Assembly (NCBI GenBank): GCA_029953675.1
Contig: JAMWBK010000006.1
Coordinates: forward strand, 1,054,001 to 1,118,000
Length of the DNA stretch: 64,000 nt
Direction of reading: 5' to 3'
Source of the DNA: Rhodosorus marinus CCMP1338
Lineage: Eukaryota > Plantae > Rhodophyta
Under the pieces are notes generated by a model. That model searched no databases. It worked only from the letters and a program-made list of their open reading frames with translations, and had not been told where the DNA came from. Shown here piece after piece: positions 11,501-23,721 of the stretch. The translations under genes were made by a program, and so were the position numbers. The number at the start of each line of letters is the position of its first letter. Position 1 is the stretch's first letter.

Positions 11501-12631
11501 CCACTTCTCCGGGCGCCGAGGCCGACTATGAAAACGGGTTACTGCTTTTCGTTTTTCTTAAGAAGTAGTCCTAATCTGATTCCTTCTGAAACTGTTTGGT
11601 CTTCTTTTGGCCACTACAATGCCTAGAACAGAGGGTCCTCCCAAGTTCCATCTGAATTCTAGCCCCAATACATCTAAACCAATTCTTTAGATCTGAGGCT
11701 TAATCAATACTCCTCCGCTCTATAGATACGGTCCAATGCGACGTGGAGGATCTAGTAGGCTCGGTGCAACGTCAGGAGCGGAGCCGCGTGCTGATCTGTT
11801 TTGATTGATACCTTAAACGTAAGGTTGCACCGAAAGATTCACCGGATCGTATTTTTCGGTGAGTGTGGAGCTTCGTGGAGCTTCGGATTCCTCCAAGCGT
11901 TTTCATCTGGGATTGGATATTTGGCTGGGTCCATCCAGATAAGACGGGGCGGGGGCTAAACGGGAGAGGGGGAGGTGGAGAATGACATCTCCCCCAAACG
12001 GAGCGAGTACGACGCTTGATGTTCGTCGTGCGAATAGTTGTCCCTGATAAACAATCAATAAGTTTTATTCGGAAACAAAAAAAATTGGATAAATGAAATG
12101 TCACAGATGTCGGGCTGTGCTCCTCCGTTCTAGTCTAGCGTACTGTTGAATATTCCCAAGGACCATTGTCCGTTTCAAAAATATTTACAGGGCACGAGCC
12201 CCTGAATTCCGGTGCTCGTAGGCAATTTGAAAATTGGGGAGTCCTGCAGGACTGAAGGAGATCCGGCGAGGGCTAGAAGAAGCCGAAATTATATGGGACA
12301 GCCGTCTGCCGCTTAACAACTGAAGTTTTTGGGTCCCCTTCTCACAGGGAATGGACAAAAATCCGTAGATTCCGTGCTCCTTGCGGGTGCAACAAATGGG
12401 GCGAACTATACCAGAGTGAGATGATGGCAATCTCGATTCCGTTTACCTTGCGGATGCCGTGCTTGCCCACCACTTTGTCACCCCTCTTGCAGACTATATA
12501 TAGCTGATCCTCCAGTTCCTTCTACATCCTGGTACTCGAAGCTCATCAAACACCAGAGACAGTAGCATTGACGGAGACCCAGAGAAGATCAGCAAAGAGA
12601 CTGTTAGAGAAGACTACATTCAAGGAGGATC

Positions 12632-13432
12632 ATGAAGACTGCTGTGTATATCGCACTTGTGGCGGCATTGGTTGCCGTTCTCGGTGTATCGGAAGCGGCG
12701 CCGTTCGTCTGCAAGGACCCCCACTTCCAGAAGCCCAACTTCAGGACCATCACTCACGGCCAGAGCCACAACGCACACGGTTTGACAACCGCCTTCGAGT
12801 ACTTCAAGGATATTCTTGGAGGCAAAGACAACGGAAGCAACCCGGGACCACTCAGGAAAGGACACCGATCTATTAACTGGGATGCCCCAGTCGTTCCCTT
12901 TGAGTTCCCGAGGAAGTTCTTCGAAGAGACTGTCACCCGTGGACTCGCTGTCGCAAGCAAGAACAACAAGTTCCGTGTGAGCAACCCTGAACCCAACCAC
13001 ATCGGTGACGACAAGTTCTCCACCATCAACCGCCGTGAGTCCAAGAAGTTCCAGACCTTCAGCCCCAAGAGACTGTTCACACCGATCAAGGACAACGAGT
13101 TCTGGATCCGGTTCACGGTCCCTGGAAAGAAGACCAAGGCTGTGGTGAGAGGATTCGGAGCGGTGTTCGTGGGCGTTGACTTGGAGAGAGTGACCAAGAT
13201 GACTGCCTACGACATCAACGACTGTGTGATCGCGTCCGAGTACGTTGAGGCGAAGAGGAACGGACTATCATTCCTTGGATTCTACTTCGAGAAGCCGATC
13301 ATTGCCCGTGTTGCGATTGAGCTTGGCAACTTCGAGATCGATGCGAGGAACTACTGTGGATACAGGTGCGATGAGGACATTGTCGTTTTGGATGACTTCT
13401 TGTACGCGGAGCCACAGAGCATCTTCGGTTAA
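12632..13432 (+). CDS. Secreted 266-aa tandem-array protein, copy 4
   Basis: Intact ORF; differs from copy 3 by INHRE>INRRE. TATA at 12495. Confidence 0.95.
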   Translation: MKTAVYIALVAALVAVLGVSEAAPFVCKDPHFQKPNFRTITHGQSHNAHGLTTAFEYFKDILGGKDNGSNPGPLRKGHRSINWDAPVVPFEFPRKFFEETVTRGLAVASKNNKFRVSNPEPNHIGDDKFSTINRRESKKFQTFSPKRLFTPIKDNEFWIRFTVPGKKTKAVVRGFGAVFVGVDLERVTKMTAYDINDCVIASEYVEAKRNGLSFLGFYFEKPIIARVAIELGNFEIDARNYCGYRCDEDIVVLDDFLYAEPQSIFG

Positions 13433-13607
13433 GAAGGATTTTTGATAGAGAACATCCGATATCCTACAAGTATCTAGTAGGGACCCTTTCAGTGGGTTGT
13501 GCATATCAATAAATCGAAAATATCCTACTTGCTACAGAAACTAAAGACTCGGAAATTCAGAGCAGAATGAAACAAGAGCTCGGTTTCCCGTCCTTTGGTC
13601 ATACGCT

Positions 13608-13697
13608 TAACCCATTGTAGCGCTGTGTTCAATAGTTGTAACCCATTGTAGCGCTGTGTTCAATAGTTGTAACCCATTGTAGCGCTGTGTTCAATAG
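13608..13697 (+). repeat. 31-bp tandem repeat, ~3 copies
   Basis: taacccattgtagcgctgtgttcaatagttg repeated without spacers; single copy in the other units. Confidence 0.92.
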
Positions 13698-13972
13698 GAG
13701 TCAGTAGAGTCCTACACTACTATAGAGCTCTCCACAGTAACATGTGAATACCAGAAACTAGAACGAACTAGCGTTTGTGTGGCAACGCTTGTACCTTGTA
13801 CTTCAACTCATTGGAACAAGTTTAATAACCCTGCTTCCGAGAGAACGAAGAGTATCGATGTCCTTGGTGAGATTTTCTATTTCGACGGCGAGGCTCAAGA
13901 CGCCTCCTTGAAACACTTGCTAAACTGACTCGTGGCAAACTGCTCTTCGCAAACAATCCACAGTCCCTAAAC

Positions 13973-14930
13973 GAATTTGTTGCCGATAGCTTCGTACAAG
14001 CATCCTGCGAACGAGTTTTGTCTCGGCAACAGCAGTTGGCAGATGCCATTGAGCACCTTCCTGGCGGATGCAACAATCGGCTTACTTGCTTTCTCACTTT
14101 TGTGGTCCCCGGCTCAACTATTGGCCGCAGCAGTCTTCTACCACAATGGAGTGCGCGGATCGCTGCTAGAGCGGACGAGGCGACGACTACCCACTGGGCA
14201 CGCTGTTGGATGAACCCCTTGCGCTGGAGCCACCACCTGATAGGGACTTAAGTCGGGCCCAGCTCGCTCTACCCTTGGGCTTGGGCGAATTTGGCGTTGG
14301 GGACGGGCGTCTTGTATATGCTCGCCTGCGGCGGTAGCGTCCTCGGCCAGCGTGCTTCGTACCTTGGTGACCTTTATGTTACGCCGTGCCTGCATTTTGA
14401 CTCGGGCACGGACCACCGAGGACCCCGTCACTCTTCCACCCCCGCCGCTGAGTATCTATGATGGCCTGCAGCAGGCGTTCAGTAGGTGCAGCGCCGTGCC
14501 GGACGAGAATCGATCAAATTTTAGTTCCTGGAGGGAGATGTTATGAGGACGCAAAGAGGCCGTCGTGGAATCCACCGTCGACCGAGTGCGGGCCGACGAT
14601 GGGGAAGCCAGCCCCCGGACACCGGCGGCAGATTACCCGGGTACCAGCAGAACGCGGAACTCACGCACTGATGTGATTCATCATAGCCTCACCTGTGGCC
14701 AACACATTGCAGCGCACGGCATCTTTCTCATCTCCGACCTCACACCGCCCACAACCAGGGCTCGCCTACGGGAGATGAGAGGTCATCTGTCTCACCTGTG
14801 GTTTACCACTCTGCCCTTGTCACCGGGCCATGTCTGGACGCCTTCCAACTCCGCACTGCCAGCATGCTCGCCGAGGCGCGCCATCGCCGGCTGGGTTTGC
14901 ACCCTTTTTGCCCCTAGTTTCTAGTTCCCT
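13973..14930 (+). mobile_element. Degenerate non-LTR retrotransposon fragment (CRE/RLE-clade-like, C-terminal RT region)
   Basis: GC-rich segment unique to this spacer. Frameshifted peptides LADAIEHLP, RAQLALPLGLGEFGV, SPAAVASSASVLRTL, RARLREMRGHLSHLWFTTLPLSP and HRRLGLHP follow the order of CRE-like motifs I recall (QA.LP.R.GGLG / PAAY.AS / RARL.S..G..AWL.A.P / R.RLGL). Confidence 0.7.
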
Positions 14931-16010
14931 TTCAAGGGGGCGTTCGCTCCATCCATCTTGTCAACAAGACTCGATATTCGTATTTCTTCTGTTGAGGTTT
15001 CTTCCTGTTTTGGGTGGTGGATCGGGTTTGTCGGCAGAGAAACGAAGTTCAGATTTCGGTGGGCGTTTGAAAAGCGTTCGGGTAGATAGATGAGTATGGG
15101 ATTGAACCTCGCCCACCGGAGTGTTGAGATAAAATACTGCCCGTTGTAAACGGATCACCTCGGCCTGTCATGTTAAAGCGGGATTCCCTGGCACAACAAC
15201 TGTGGTGAAAACAGCGGAATCTGTTTTTTGAGGACAAATTCCTCGGTCCAAGAAACTTTGAAAACTTTCCGAGGACCAATGATAATTTCAATGATGATGA
15301 CTCGAGCTAAACGAAGATTTCAGTAATATTTGCTCAGATGAGCCCGTGAATTCTGATTCTGATTCCTGTATGCAACCTTAAGTTTGGACGGAGTTCCGCA
15401 GAACAACTTGGGAAATTCGCGACGGCTAAAAAGAGTCGGAATCCATGTCACGGCGGTCCGGGCGGATGCATTTCAATGCGCTTGGTCGCGGATACAAACG
15501 GATCCATTCTTACCCGCTTGTTCAACAAGCTCAATTCGCCTATGGAAAAGGTAAATTCTATGCAGAACTACTCTCTGGCTAATATTTTACACAATTCGAA
15601 CGAATGGTTAATATTTTACACAATTCAAGGCAAGGTTGACGGGAACACCTCTTCATTTTTGGGGCAAATACACCGATTGTTTTGTTTCGCATCTTGGTCA
15701 CTACTGGATTGGCTAGTAGGTTTTTGTTTTTCTTAAAACATAGATAGAATCTGTTAAGGATTCTATTTACCTCACACAATCCTTTCTTTTTGAAGTTAAG
15801 AGGTTTTTTTCGACCAATTGTTACACCGAGAAAGATTAGAGAGTAAGGGCCTTTCAAATCCAATCGATTTTTTTGCCCCAATGTCTTTGAGGCCTGAGCC
15901 ACTATATAGCACGAGGCTTTCATAAATATTCCCTTTGGCTCAACGTCAGGATCAGCGGGGGATCTGTTTTGATTTCGGTTTACAAACGCTGATTAGCAGT
16001 GAAAGTGACA

Positions 16011-16226
16011 CCGAAAGGTTGAACGAATCAATTTTTTTTAGGTGGTGTATTTTATCTTTTATTTACGGGTGGAGGTTCGGAATTTTTATCCCCATTGGTT
16101 AGCGTTTTGAGGATTCGACCCCGAAAGGTTGAACGAATCAATTTGTTTAGGTGGTGTATTTTATCTTTTTATTTACGGGTGGAGGTTCGGAATTTATCCC
16201 TTTTGGTTAGCGGTTTGAGGATTCGA
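16011..16226 (+). repeat. ~110-bp tandem duplication in spacer 4
   Basis: ccgaaaggttgaacgaatcaattt...gaggattcga at 16011 and again at 16121. Confidence 0.9.
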
Positions 16227-16981
16227 TTTTTTTGTAGTCCGTACGATACACAGAGGCTGAGGGGCTAAAACAGGTAAAGGCGGGGAAATAGAGTGCAAAT
16301 CTGTCCCAGCATGACACCTCCACCAACGAAGTGTGCAGGTAGCTGGATGTCCGTCGCAAGGCGAATGTCGTCGCTGATAACTAGAACAGTCAATCACCTT
16401 TTTTCGGAAACAAAAAGAACAAAAAATTGGACAAATGAAAAGTCACAAACGATGTCGGCCGGTGCTCCACAGCTCGGTTCCGGTCCAGCTAACTGTTGAA
16501 CACTTACCAAGTCCAATGACGGTTTCAAAAATGGTTGCTGGGCATGAGCCCCTGAATTCCGGTGCTCGTGGGAAACCTGAACTTTGGGTAGATCTGCAGA
16601 ACTTCAGGAGATCCGCCGAGGGCTAAAAGGTGTGGGAACCAATGTTGGACAGCCGTCTATCTTTTAATAGAAGAAGTTTTTCGGTCCCTCGTCCCAAGGA
16701 GTAAACGAAAATCCTTAGATTCCGCGCTCCTTGCGGGTGCAACAAATGGGGCGAACTATCGCAGGGTGCCATGATGGCAATCTCGATTCCGGTTACCTTG
16801 CGGACGCCTTACTTGGCCCACCACTTTGTCGCCCCTCTACACACTATATATAGCTGATAATCCTGCTCCTTCTACATTCTGGTACTCGAAGCTCATCAAG
16901 CACCAGAGACAGTAGCATTGGCGGAGACCCAGAGAAGATCAGCAAAGAGACTGTTAGAGAAGACTACATTCAAGGAAGACC

Positions 16982-17782
16982 ATGAAGACTGCTGTGTATA
17001 TCGCACTTGTTGCGGCATTGGTTGCCGTTCTCGGTGTTTCGGAAGCGGCGCCGTTCGTCTGCAAGGACCCCCACTTCCAGAAGCCCAACTTCAGGACCAT
17101 CACTCACGGCCAGAGCCACAACGCACACGGTTTGACAACCGCCTTCGAGTACTTCAAGGATATTCTTGGAGGCAAAGACAACGGAAGCAACCCGGGACCA
17201 CTCAGGAAAGGACACCGATCTATTAACTGGGATGCCCCAGTCGTTCCCTTTGAGTTCCCGAGGAAGTTCTTCGAAGAGACTGTCACCCGTGGACTCGCTG
17301 TCGCAAGCAAGAACAACAAGTTCCGTGTGAGCAACCCTAAACCCAACCACATCGGTGATGACAAGTTCTCCACCATCAACCGCCGGGAGTCCAAGAAGTT
17401 CCAGACCTTCAGCCCTAAGAGACTGTTCACACCGATCAAGGACAACGAGTTCTGGATCCGATTCACGGTCCCCGCAAAGAAGACCAAGGCTGTGGTGAGA
17501 GGATTCGGAGCGGTGTTCGTCGGCGTTGACTTGGAGAGAGTGACCAAGATGACTGCCTACGACATCAACGACTGTGTGATCGCGTCCGAGTACGTTGAGG
17601 CGAAGAGGAACGGACTATCATTCCTTGGATTCTACTTCGAGAAGCCGATCATTGCCCGTGTTGCGATTGAGCTTGGCAACTTCGAGATCGATGCCAAGAA
17701 CTACTGTGGATACAGGTGCGACGAGGACATTGTCGTTTTGGATGACTTCTTGTACGCGGAGCCACAGAGCATCTTCGGTTAA
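16982..17782 (+). CDS. Secreted 266-aa tandem-array protein, copy 5
   Basis: Intact ORF with variants SNPKPN, VPAKK, DAKNY. TATA at 16845. Confidence 0.95.
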   Translation: MKTAVYIALVAALVAVLGVSEAAPFVCKDPHFQKPNFRTITHGQSHNAHGLTTAFEYFKDILGGKDNGSNPGPLRKGHRSINWDAPVVPFEFPRKFFEETVTRGLAVASKNNKFRVSNPKPNHIGDDKFSTINRRESKKFQTFSPKRLFTPIKDNEFWIRFTVPAKKTKAVVRGFGAVFVGVDLERVTKMTAYDINDCVIASEYVEAKRNGLSFLGFYFEKPIIARVAIELGNFEIDAKNYCGYRCDEDIVVLDDFLYAEPQSIFG

Positions 17783-18229
17783 GGAGGATTTTGCTACAAA
17801 GCATCCGATATCCTGTAGTAATCCATCGCCAGCGCACTACAGTAGGCGCCTTTTCATTGGGTTGTCCATATCAATAAATCGGAAACATCCTACATGCTAC
17901 TGAAATTTAAGATTACCACATTCACAGTACAAAAGACCGATACGTTTCGTGATTTGATCAACCCTTACCCCATCGTGGCGCTGTGTTCAATAGCGGCCTG
18001 TAGAGTCCCAAACTACTATAGAGTTAATTCTCGAAAGTGGGGTCTTCAGAACAGGAAGTAGAAAGAACAACAGCAGTTGTGGCAACGCTTGTGCACTTAC
18101 AGTTCAATTCATTGAGGCTTCCTATCTTGACAACAAGGCTCGAGAGGCGTATTTTCTTCTTCTTCTATTGATCTTACTAATTGTTTTTGGTGGTGGATCG
18201 CGTGAGAAAACTCGCTGCCAATTGTAAGC

Positions 18230-18777
18230 GGATTACCTCGCCTGGCACGCTAAAGGAGGAATCCGGACACATCAAATGTGGCGAAAACAGCGGGTTTTGT
18301 TTTGAGGATGAGCTTCCCAGGGGAAAGATACGCTGAAAACTTTCCTAGGGTCAATATAATTTCAATAATGTTGCTGGAGCAAAATGAAGAAATCAATAAT
18401 ATTGAAAAATGAATGAATTTGTTTAATCCGAAACTCAGAGAAAAAAAAGCGATGGGAAAAAAAAGAGTATTTGTGCAGTATGAGCCAGTGAATTCTGGTT
18501 CCCGCATCCAACCTAAGATTTGGACGTATGTACAGAACCTGTTGGAGAATTTTAGGGAACTAAAGGGTCGGAATCTATACGTCACGCAGCGACCGGCGGA
18601 TGTACTCCGCCATTTTGCAACAGGCTTTTTTGGGGTCCGTCGTCACGAGGAACGCACGGAAATCGGTAGAACCTGTGCTCTCCGGAGATGCAACGGATGG
18701 GGAGTCATCCTCAGCGTGCGATGACAGGAATCTGGAACCAACGATTTCACCGCCAATCCGTTTACCTTCTGGATGCC
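18230..18777 (+). repeat. TATA-less paralog ('shadow copy') of the array gene's upstream region; others at ~730-1085, ~5760-6240, ~10815-11340, ~15105-15470
   Basis: 18661-18777 (aatcggtagaacctgtgctc..gatgcaacggatgggg..ccgtttaccttctggatgcc) aligns by eye to true upstream 12359-12458 (aatccgtagattccgtgctc..gtgcaacaaatgggg..ccgtttaccttgcggatgcc). Other copies share cctcgcccaacg, ccaagggccaa, gcatgagccc and ggcgagggctaaaa blocks in the same order. Confidence 0.8.
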
Positions 18778-20311
18778 GCACCCGTTAACCCGGCTTGGCC
18801 CGGAATGTGTTGAGCTACATTACGCAGTAGTCCACTGAATGGCAGTTTTGAAGTACTTCCGTTAGGGCCCGGTGCGGAAACGTTCTTGGAGGCCTCCACT
18901 GCATTCTTGCGAATAGAAAACGATAAAAAGGACCAATTTCAACCCTTTTCACTAAATGCAAGTTCCCTATGAAAACAGTAAAATTTATACGACTAGTATA
19001 TTATATTGAATATTGTTAAAACAATTCAAGCAAAGATCTATATTAGCATCTGGATTTATCATTGTAAATACATCATCGTCTTGGCTTGCACCTTAATTCA
19101 CTACTGTATTGGCCAAGAGTTTCTGGTTTTTATTGAGGAATATTGAACACTTTGCGGTTTTAAAGCAATTAGGTTCATTTTTGACCAATCATCATATATC
19201 GAAGACTGGGTAGTTCTCGCTCAGGTCCGAATTTTAGCCCCAATAGTTCTGACTCTTAATCAATACGTTCCGCTCAGTTGCGGGCTGATGCAACGTGGTT
19301 GATTGCCGACGCCAGCGCGAAAGCCAGAAGCGGCGTGTGGATCTGTTTTGACCTAGCTTACATACGCTGTTCCGAATAAAAACATTATTTCGATTAGCGA
19401 ACATCGCTTAAAGCTTTCAAGATGACGCCGAAAGCTCCAACGGATCATGTTTTTTTTGGCTGAGTGAACTTTCCTTTATTGAAGGGCTGAGAAGCTTAGG
19501 CTGCCCGGGTTTGGATCGATTTCCTGCCTCTCTATTAAAGCGTTTCCGTTGGGGATTAGCTTTTTTTTGTAGGCCGTTAGGACCTCGGCGCGGGGCTAAA
19601 ACTGGTAGCATTAGACGGAGAGTGTAAATCCAGCGTGAAACCTCGCCCAACGAGGTGTGAAAGGTAGCTTGATGTCCGTCGCAAGGGGATTATTGCCCCT
19701 GATTAAACAGTCCATCAGTATTATTATTCGGAAACACACAACAAAAAAGGATAAATCAAAAGCCATAAAAGCTGTCCTTTTCAGGTTCGGTTCCGGTCCA
19801 GTTACTGTTGAAGACTTTCAAAGGGCCAAGGATGGCTTTAAAAATGTTTACGCGGAACGAGCCCCTGAATTAAGGGGCTTGTAGGCAACCTCAACTTTGG
19901 AAAGATCTACAAAACTGTTGCAGGAAAAGGGACGAGGGCTAAAAGCCGTCGGACGTTATTTGGGACAGCCGGCTGTTGTATAATAACGGAAGTTTTTGGG
20001 TCCCCTCCTCACAGGGAATGGACGAAAATTCGTAGATTCTGTCCTACTTGTAGATGCAACAAATGGGGCGCACTATCGCAGAGTGCGACGATGGCAATCT
20101 CGATTCCATTTACGCCGCGCTTACTCCGTGGATACCATACTTGGCCCACCACTTTCTCACCTTTCTAAACACTATATATATAGCTCATCCTCCAGCTCCT
20201 TCTACATTTGGGTACTCGAAACTCATCAAGCACCAGAGAGAGTAGCATTGACGGAGACCCAGAGAAGATCAGCAAAGAGACTGTTAGAGAAGACTACATT
20301 CAAGGAAGACC

Positions 20312-21112
20312 ATGAAGACTACTGTGTATATCGCACTTGTGGCGGCATTGGTTGCCGTTCTCGGTGTTTCGGAAGCGGCGCCGTTCGTCTGCAAGGACCC
20401 CCACTTCCAGAAGCCCAACTTTAGGACCATCACTCACGGCCAGAGCCACAACGCACACGGTTTGAAAACCGCCTTCGAGTACTTCAAGGATATTCTTGGA
20501 GGCAAAGACAACGGAAGCAAGCTGGGACCACTCAGGAAAGGACACCGATCTATCAACTGGGATGCCCCAGTCGTTCCCTTTGAGTTCCCGAGGAAGTTCT
20601 TCGAAGAGACTGTCACCCGTGGACTCGCTGTCGCAAGCAAGAACAACAAGTTCCGTGTGAGCAACCCGGAACCCAACCACATCGGTGATGACAAGTTCTC
20701 CACCATCAACCGCCGGGAGTCCAAGAAGTTCCAGACCTTCAGCCCCAAGAGACTCTTCACACCGATCAAGGACAACGAGTTCTGGATCCGATTCACGGTC
20801 CCTGGAAAGAAGACCAAGGCTGTGGTGAGAGGATTCGGAGCGGTGTTCGTGGGCGTTGACTTGGAGAGAGTGACCAAGATGACTGCCTACGACATCAACG
20901 ACTGTGTGATCGCGTCCGAGTACGTTGAGGCCAAGAGGGACGGACTGTCGTTCCTTGGATTCTACTTCGAGAAGCCGATCATTGCTCGTGTTGCGATTAA
21001 GCTTGGCAACTTCGAGATCGATGCCAAGAACTACTGTGGATACAGGTGCGATGAGGACATCGTCGTTTTGGATGACTTCTTGTACGCCGAGCCACAGAGC
21101 ATCTTCGCTTAA
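20312..21112 (+). CDS. Secreted 266-aa tandem-array protein, copy 6
   Basis: Intact ORF with variants MKTTVY, SKLGP, KRDG, IKLG, SIFA. TATA at 20173-20183. Confidence 0.95.
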   Translation: MKTTVYIALVAALVAVLGVSEAAPFVCKDPHFQKPNFRTITHGQSHNAHGLKTAFEYFKDILGGKDNGSKLGPLRKGHRSINWDAPVVPFEFPRKFFEETVTRGLAVASKNNKFRVSNPEPNHIGDDKFSTINRRESKKFQTFSPKRLFTPIKDNEFWIRFTVPGKKTKAVVRGFGAVFVGVDLERVTKMTAYDINDCVIASEYVEAKRDGLSFLGFYFEKPIIARVAIKLGNFEIDAKNYCGYRCDEDIVVLDDFLYAEPQSIFA

Positions 21113-23030
21113 GAAGGATTTTTCTACAGAACATCTGATATCCTATGAAGATCCATAGCCAGAGTGCTACCTTAGGCACCCTTTCGCTGGGATGTACATA
21201 TCAATAAAAAGGAACCATCCTGTATTGGTATTGAAACCATAAATTTCTCGCTCTCAGCTCGACACTTTTGTCCACATGCCCGAAAAAAGCTCCATACACG
21301 CGTTTCAGGAAGCACGCAGCTCGATCTTACTCTCGTTTCTCACGTGAAAAGCGATAAATGTTGTTTCTTGAGAAGGACATGTTCCTGTTTACCTTTCATA
21401 TAGAAGAATTATCTTCCTCTTTAGGTGCCGTAATTCAGTGTTCGTCGTTTCCCTGCTCAGGCATCGAACCTCGTCTCAGCCCTGCGGATGCGACGATGGA
21501 TAGGGCAGACTGTCTTTTCAAAGAGTACGCAAGATTCGACTGAAAAGCGGGACGACGGTTTCTTGTTCTCAACACGAAGGACGGTCGGGAAACAGAAAAG
21601 TTTCTGGATCCCAATTTTTTTTCTTGAATACTGTTTTTCTCTTTATCGTATTTTCTATTCAAGCGCGCTTGAACAACCACTTTCGCCTTCCGTCCAGTGT
21701 ACCATGTAGTACTTTAAACAGATCTGCCCTTTGAATAATCGTACCGTGTGCTCATACTCTAAATATCTGCTGGAAACTGCTTGGATGGGAGACTGTGCCT
21801 GTCCCCACACAGCTCGAGGTTCTGTGGATTCCGAAAACCCAAGAGAAATCAAGAACTATGACCTCCGAATGTTCCACAAAATCGCAGAATTATGCGGATG
21901 GAAACAAAGCTTCACAGATCTGCACTCAAAACAAAACGTCAGATTGCGAGGTAGCGAAGTTGGTCCCGGATGGATAACGTTTCCGTCGACTCCAAGGGCC
22001 TCCAGTTATCGTTTTCTTGCTTCCCCAACTCGCGCAACTCCGGGAATATGAAAACGATCGAAAAGGGGCCAAACTCACCAACTGTCACGAAGCGCTAGCT
22101 AGCCATGAAAACGGTTAAACATATGCAACAAATACTCGCCTCGAGTTTTTTTAACTGATTCAACAACAGGCTGCAAGCGTTTGCTTGCACAAACATCTAC
22201 GTCATCATCAAAAATACACAAAAACCTCTAAGGAGACTGAGAATACACAAAAAACTATCGGAACCGTCCAAATTTACCAATTCTTCACCAAACGCTTACC
22301 GCCGAATCGAAAACGGTATTATTGATACAAAGGACCACTAGTTTCTCATTCCTAGTTTTACCCAATATGCAAAAATCTTTGGGTCAAAACTCTGCATTTA
22401 TCATTGAAAATACATCTACACGTTCAAGAGCACCTCACTCCTTACTGGATTGGCCAATACGTTTTTGCTTTTTGAAGACTAATACATATTTTTGTGTTTT
22501 TAAAACTATTAAGATATACTTTGACCAATCATTGTACCCGTACGTGGGTCCTCCCAATTCGCAATTTTAGCCCCATTAATTCAGGAACTTAATCAATATT
22601 CTCCCGTGAGATATTGTGCCATGCAACGTGGAGGATTTACTAGGCCCGGAGCAACGGCAGGAGCAGGGAGCGGATCTGTTTTGATTGTTTGCTTACATCC
22701 GGGGCTTTAGACGACTGTGGTCCAATCTTCCTTTTACATCGAAAGGTTCAACGGATCCTAGTTTTTTGTGAGTTTTTCTTCTAAGGAGAGCGGGGGTTGG
22801 GATTCGAGACTCGGACTTGTGACTCTTGCGACGCGTTTTGATGGGGTATTGGATTTGTTGCGGGAACCCTGCGATGAATGATAAGACACCGGCGAGGGGC
22901 AAAAGCTGTGAGAATCTATCCGGGGATGGCGGAGTGTGCGAGGTCGATTGATGTCCGTTGCAAGGGAACAAGTGTCCCTCATACAGTCAATGGATTATTC
23001 TGTGACAAAAAAAATGTACAAATCAACTAT

Positions 23031-23300
23031 CGCAGAAGATGTCGGGCCGTGCTCGTCAGGCTCAATTCCGGTCCAGCTACTAGTTGCACGCATTCCGCGG
23101 GCCATCGAGAATTTCAAAAATGTCTACTGAGCGCAAGTCACTGAGTCCCGGCTCTCTGAAACGTCACAGAAGATGTCGGGCTGTGCTTCTCAGGTTCGGT
23201 TCCGGTCCAGTTAACTGTTGAAGACTTTCACAGGGCCAATGAAGGCTTTGAAAATGTTTACGCGGAACGAGCCCCTGAATTAAGGGGCTTGTAGGCAACC
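23031..23300 (+). repeat. ~134-bp imperfect tandem duplication upstream of copy 7 (likely out-of-register crossover junction)
   Basis: cagaagatgtcggg..gtgct..cagg..c.gttccggtccag....gttg..cgggcca..ga...ttt.aaaaatgt at 23031 and 23165; the second copy continues into sequence nearly identical to copy 6's upstream region. Confidence 0.75.
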
Positions 23301-23721
23301 TCAACTTTGGAAAGATCTACAAAACTGTTGCAGGAAAAGGGACGAGGGCTAAAAGCCGTCGGACGTTATTTGGGACAGCCGGCTGTTGTATAATAACGGA
23401 AGTTTTTGGGTCCCCTCCTCACAGGGAATGGACGAAAATTCGTAGATTCTGTCCTACTTGTAGATGCAACAAATGGGGCGCACTATCGCAGAGTGCGACG
23501 ATGGCAATCTCGATTCCATTTACGCCGCGCTTACTCCGTGGATACCATACTTGGCCCACCACTTTCTCACCTTTCTAAACACTATATATATAGCTCATCC
23601 TCCAGCTCCTTCTACATTTGGGTACTCGAAACTCATCAAGCACCAGAGAGAGTAGCATTGACGGAGACCCAGAGAAGATCAGCAAAGAGACTGTTAGAGA
23701 AGACTACATTCAAGGAAGACC

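Noticed and set aside
13608-13697. 31-bp repeats as a CRISPR array
   Set aside because: No unique spacers, no cas genes, eukaryotic context; a simple tandem slippage repeat.
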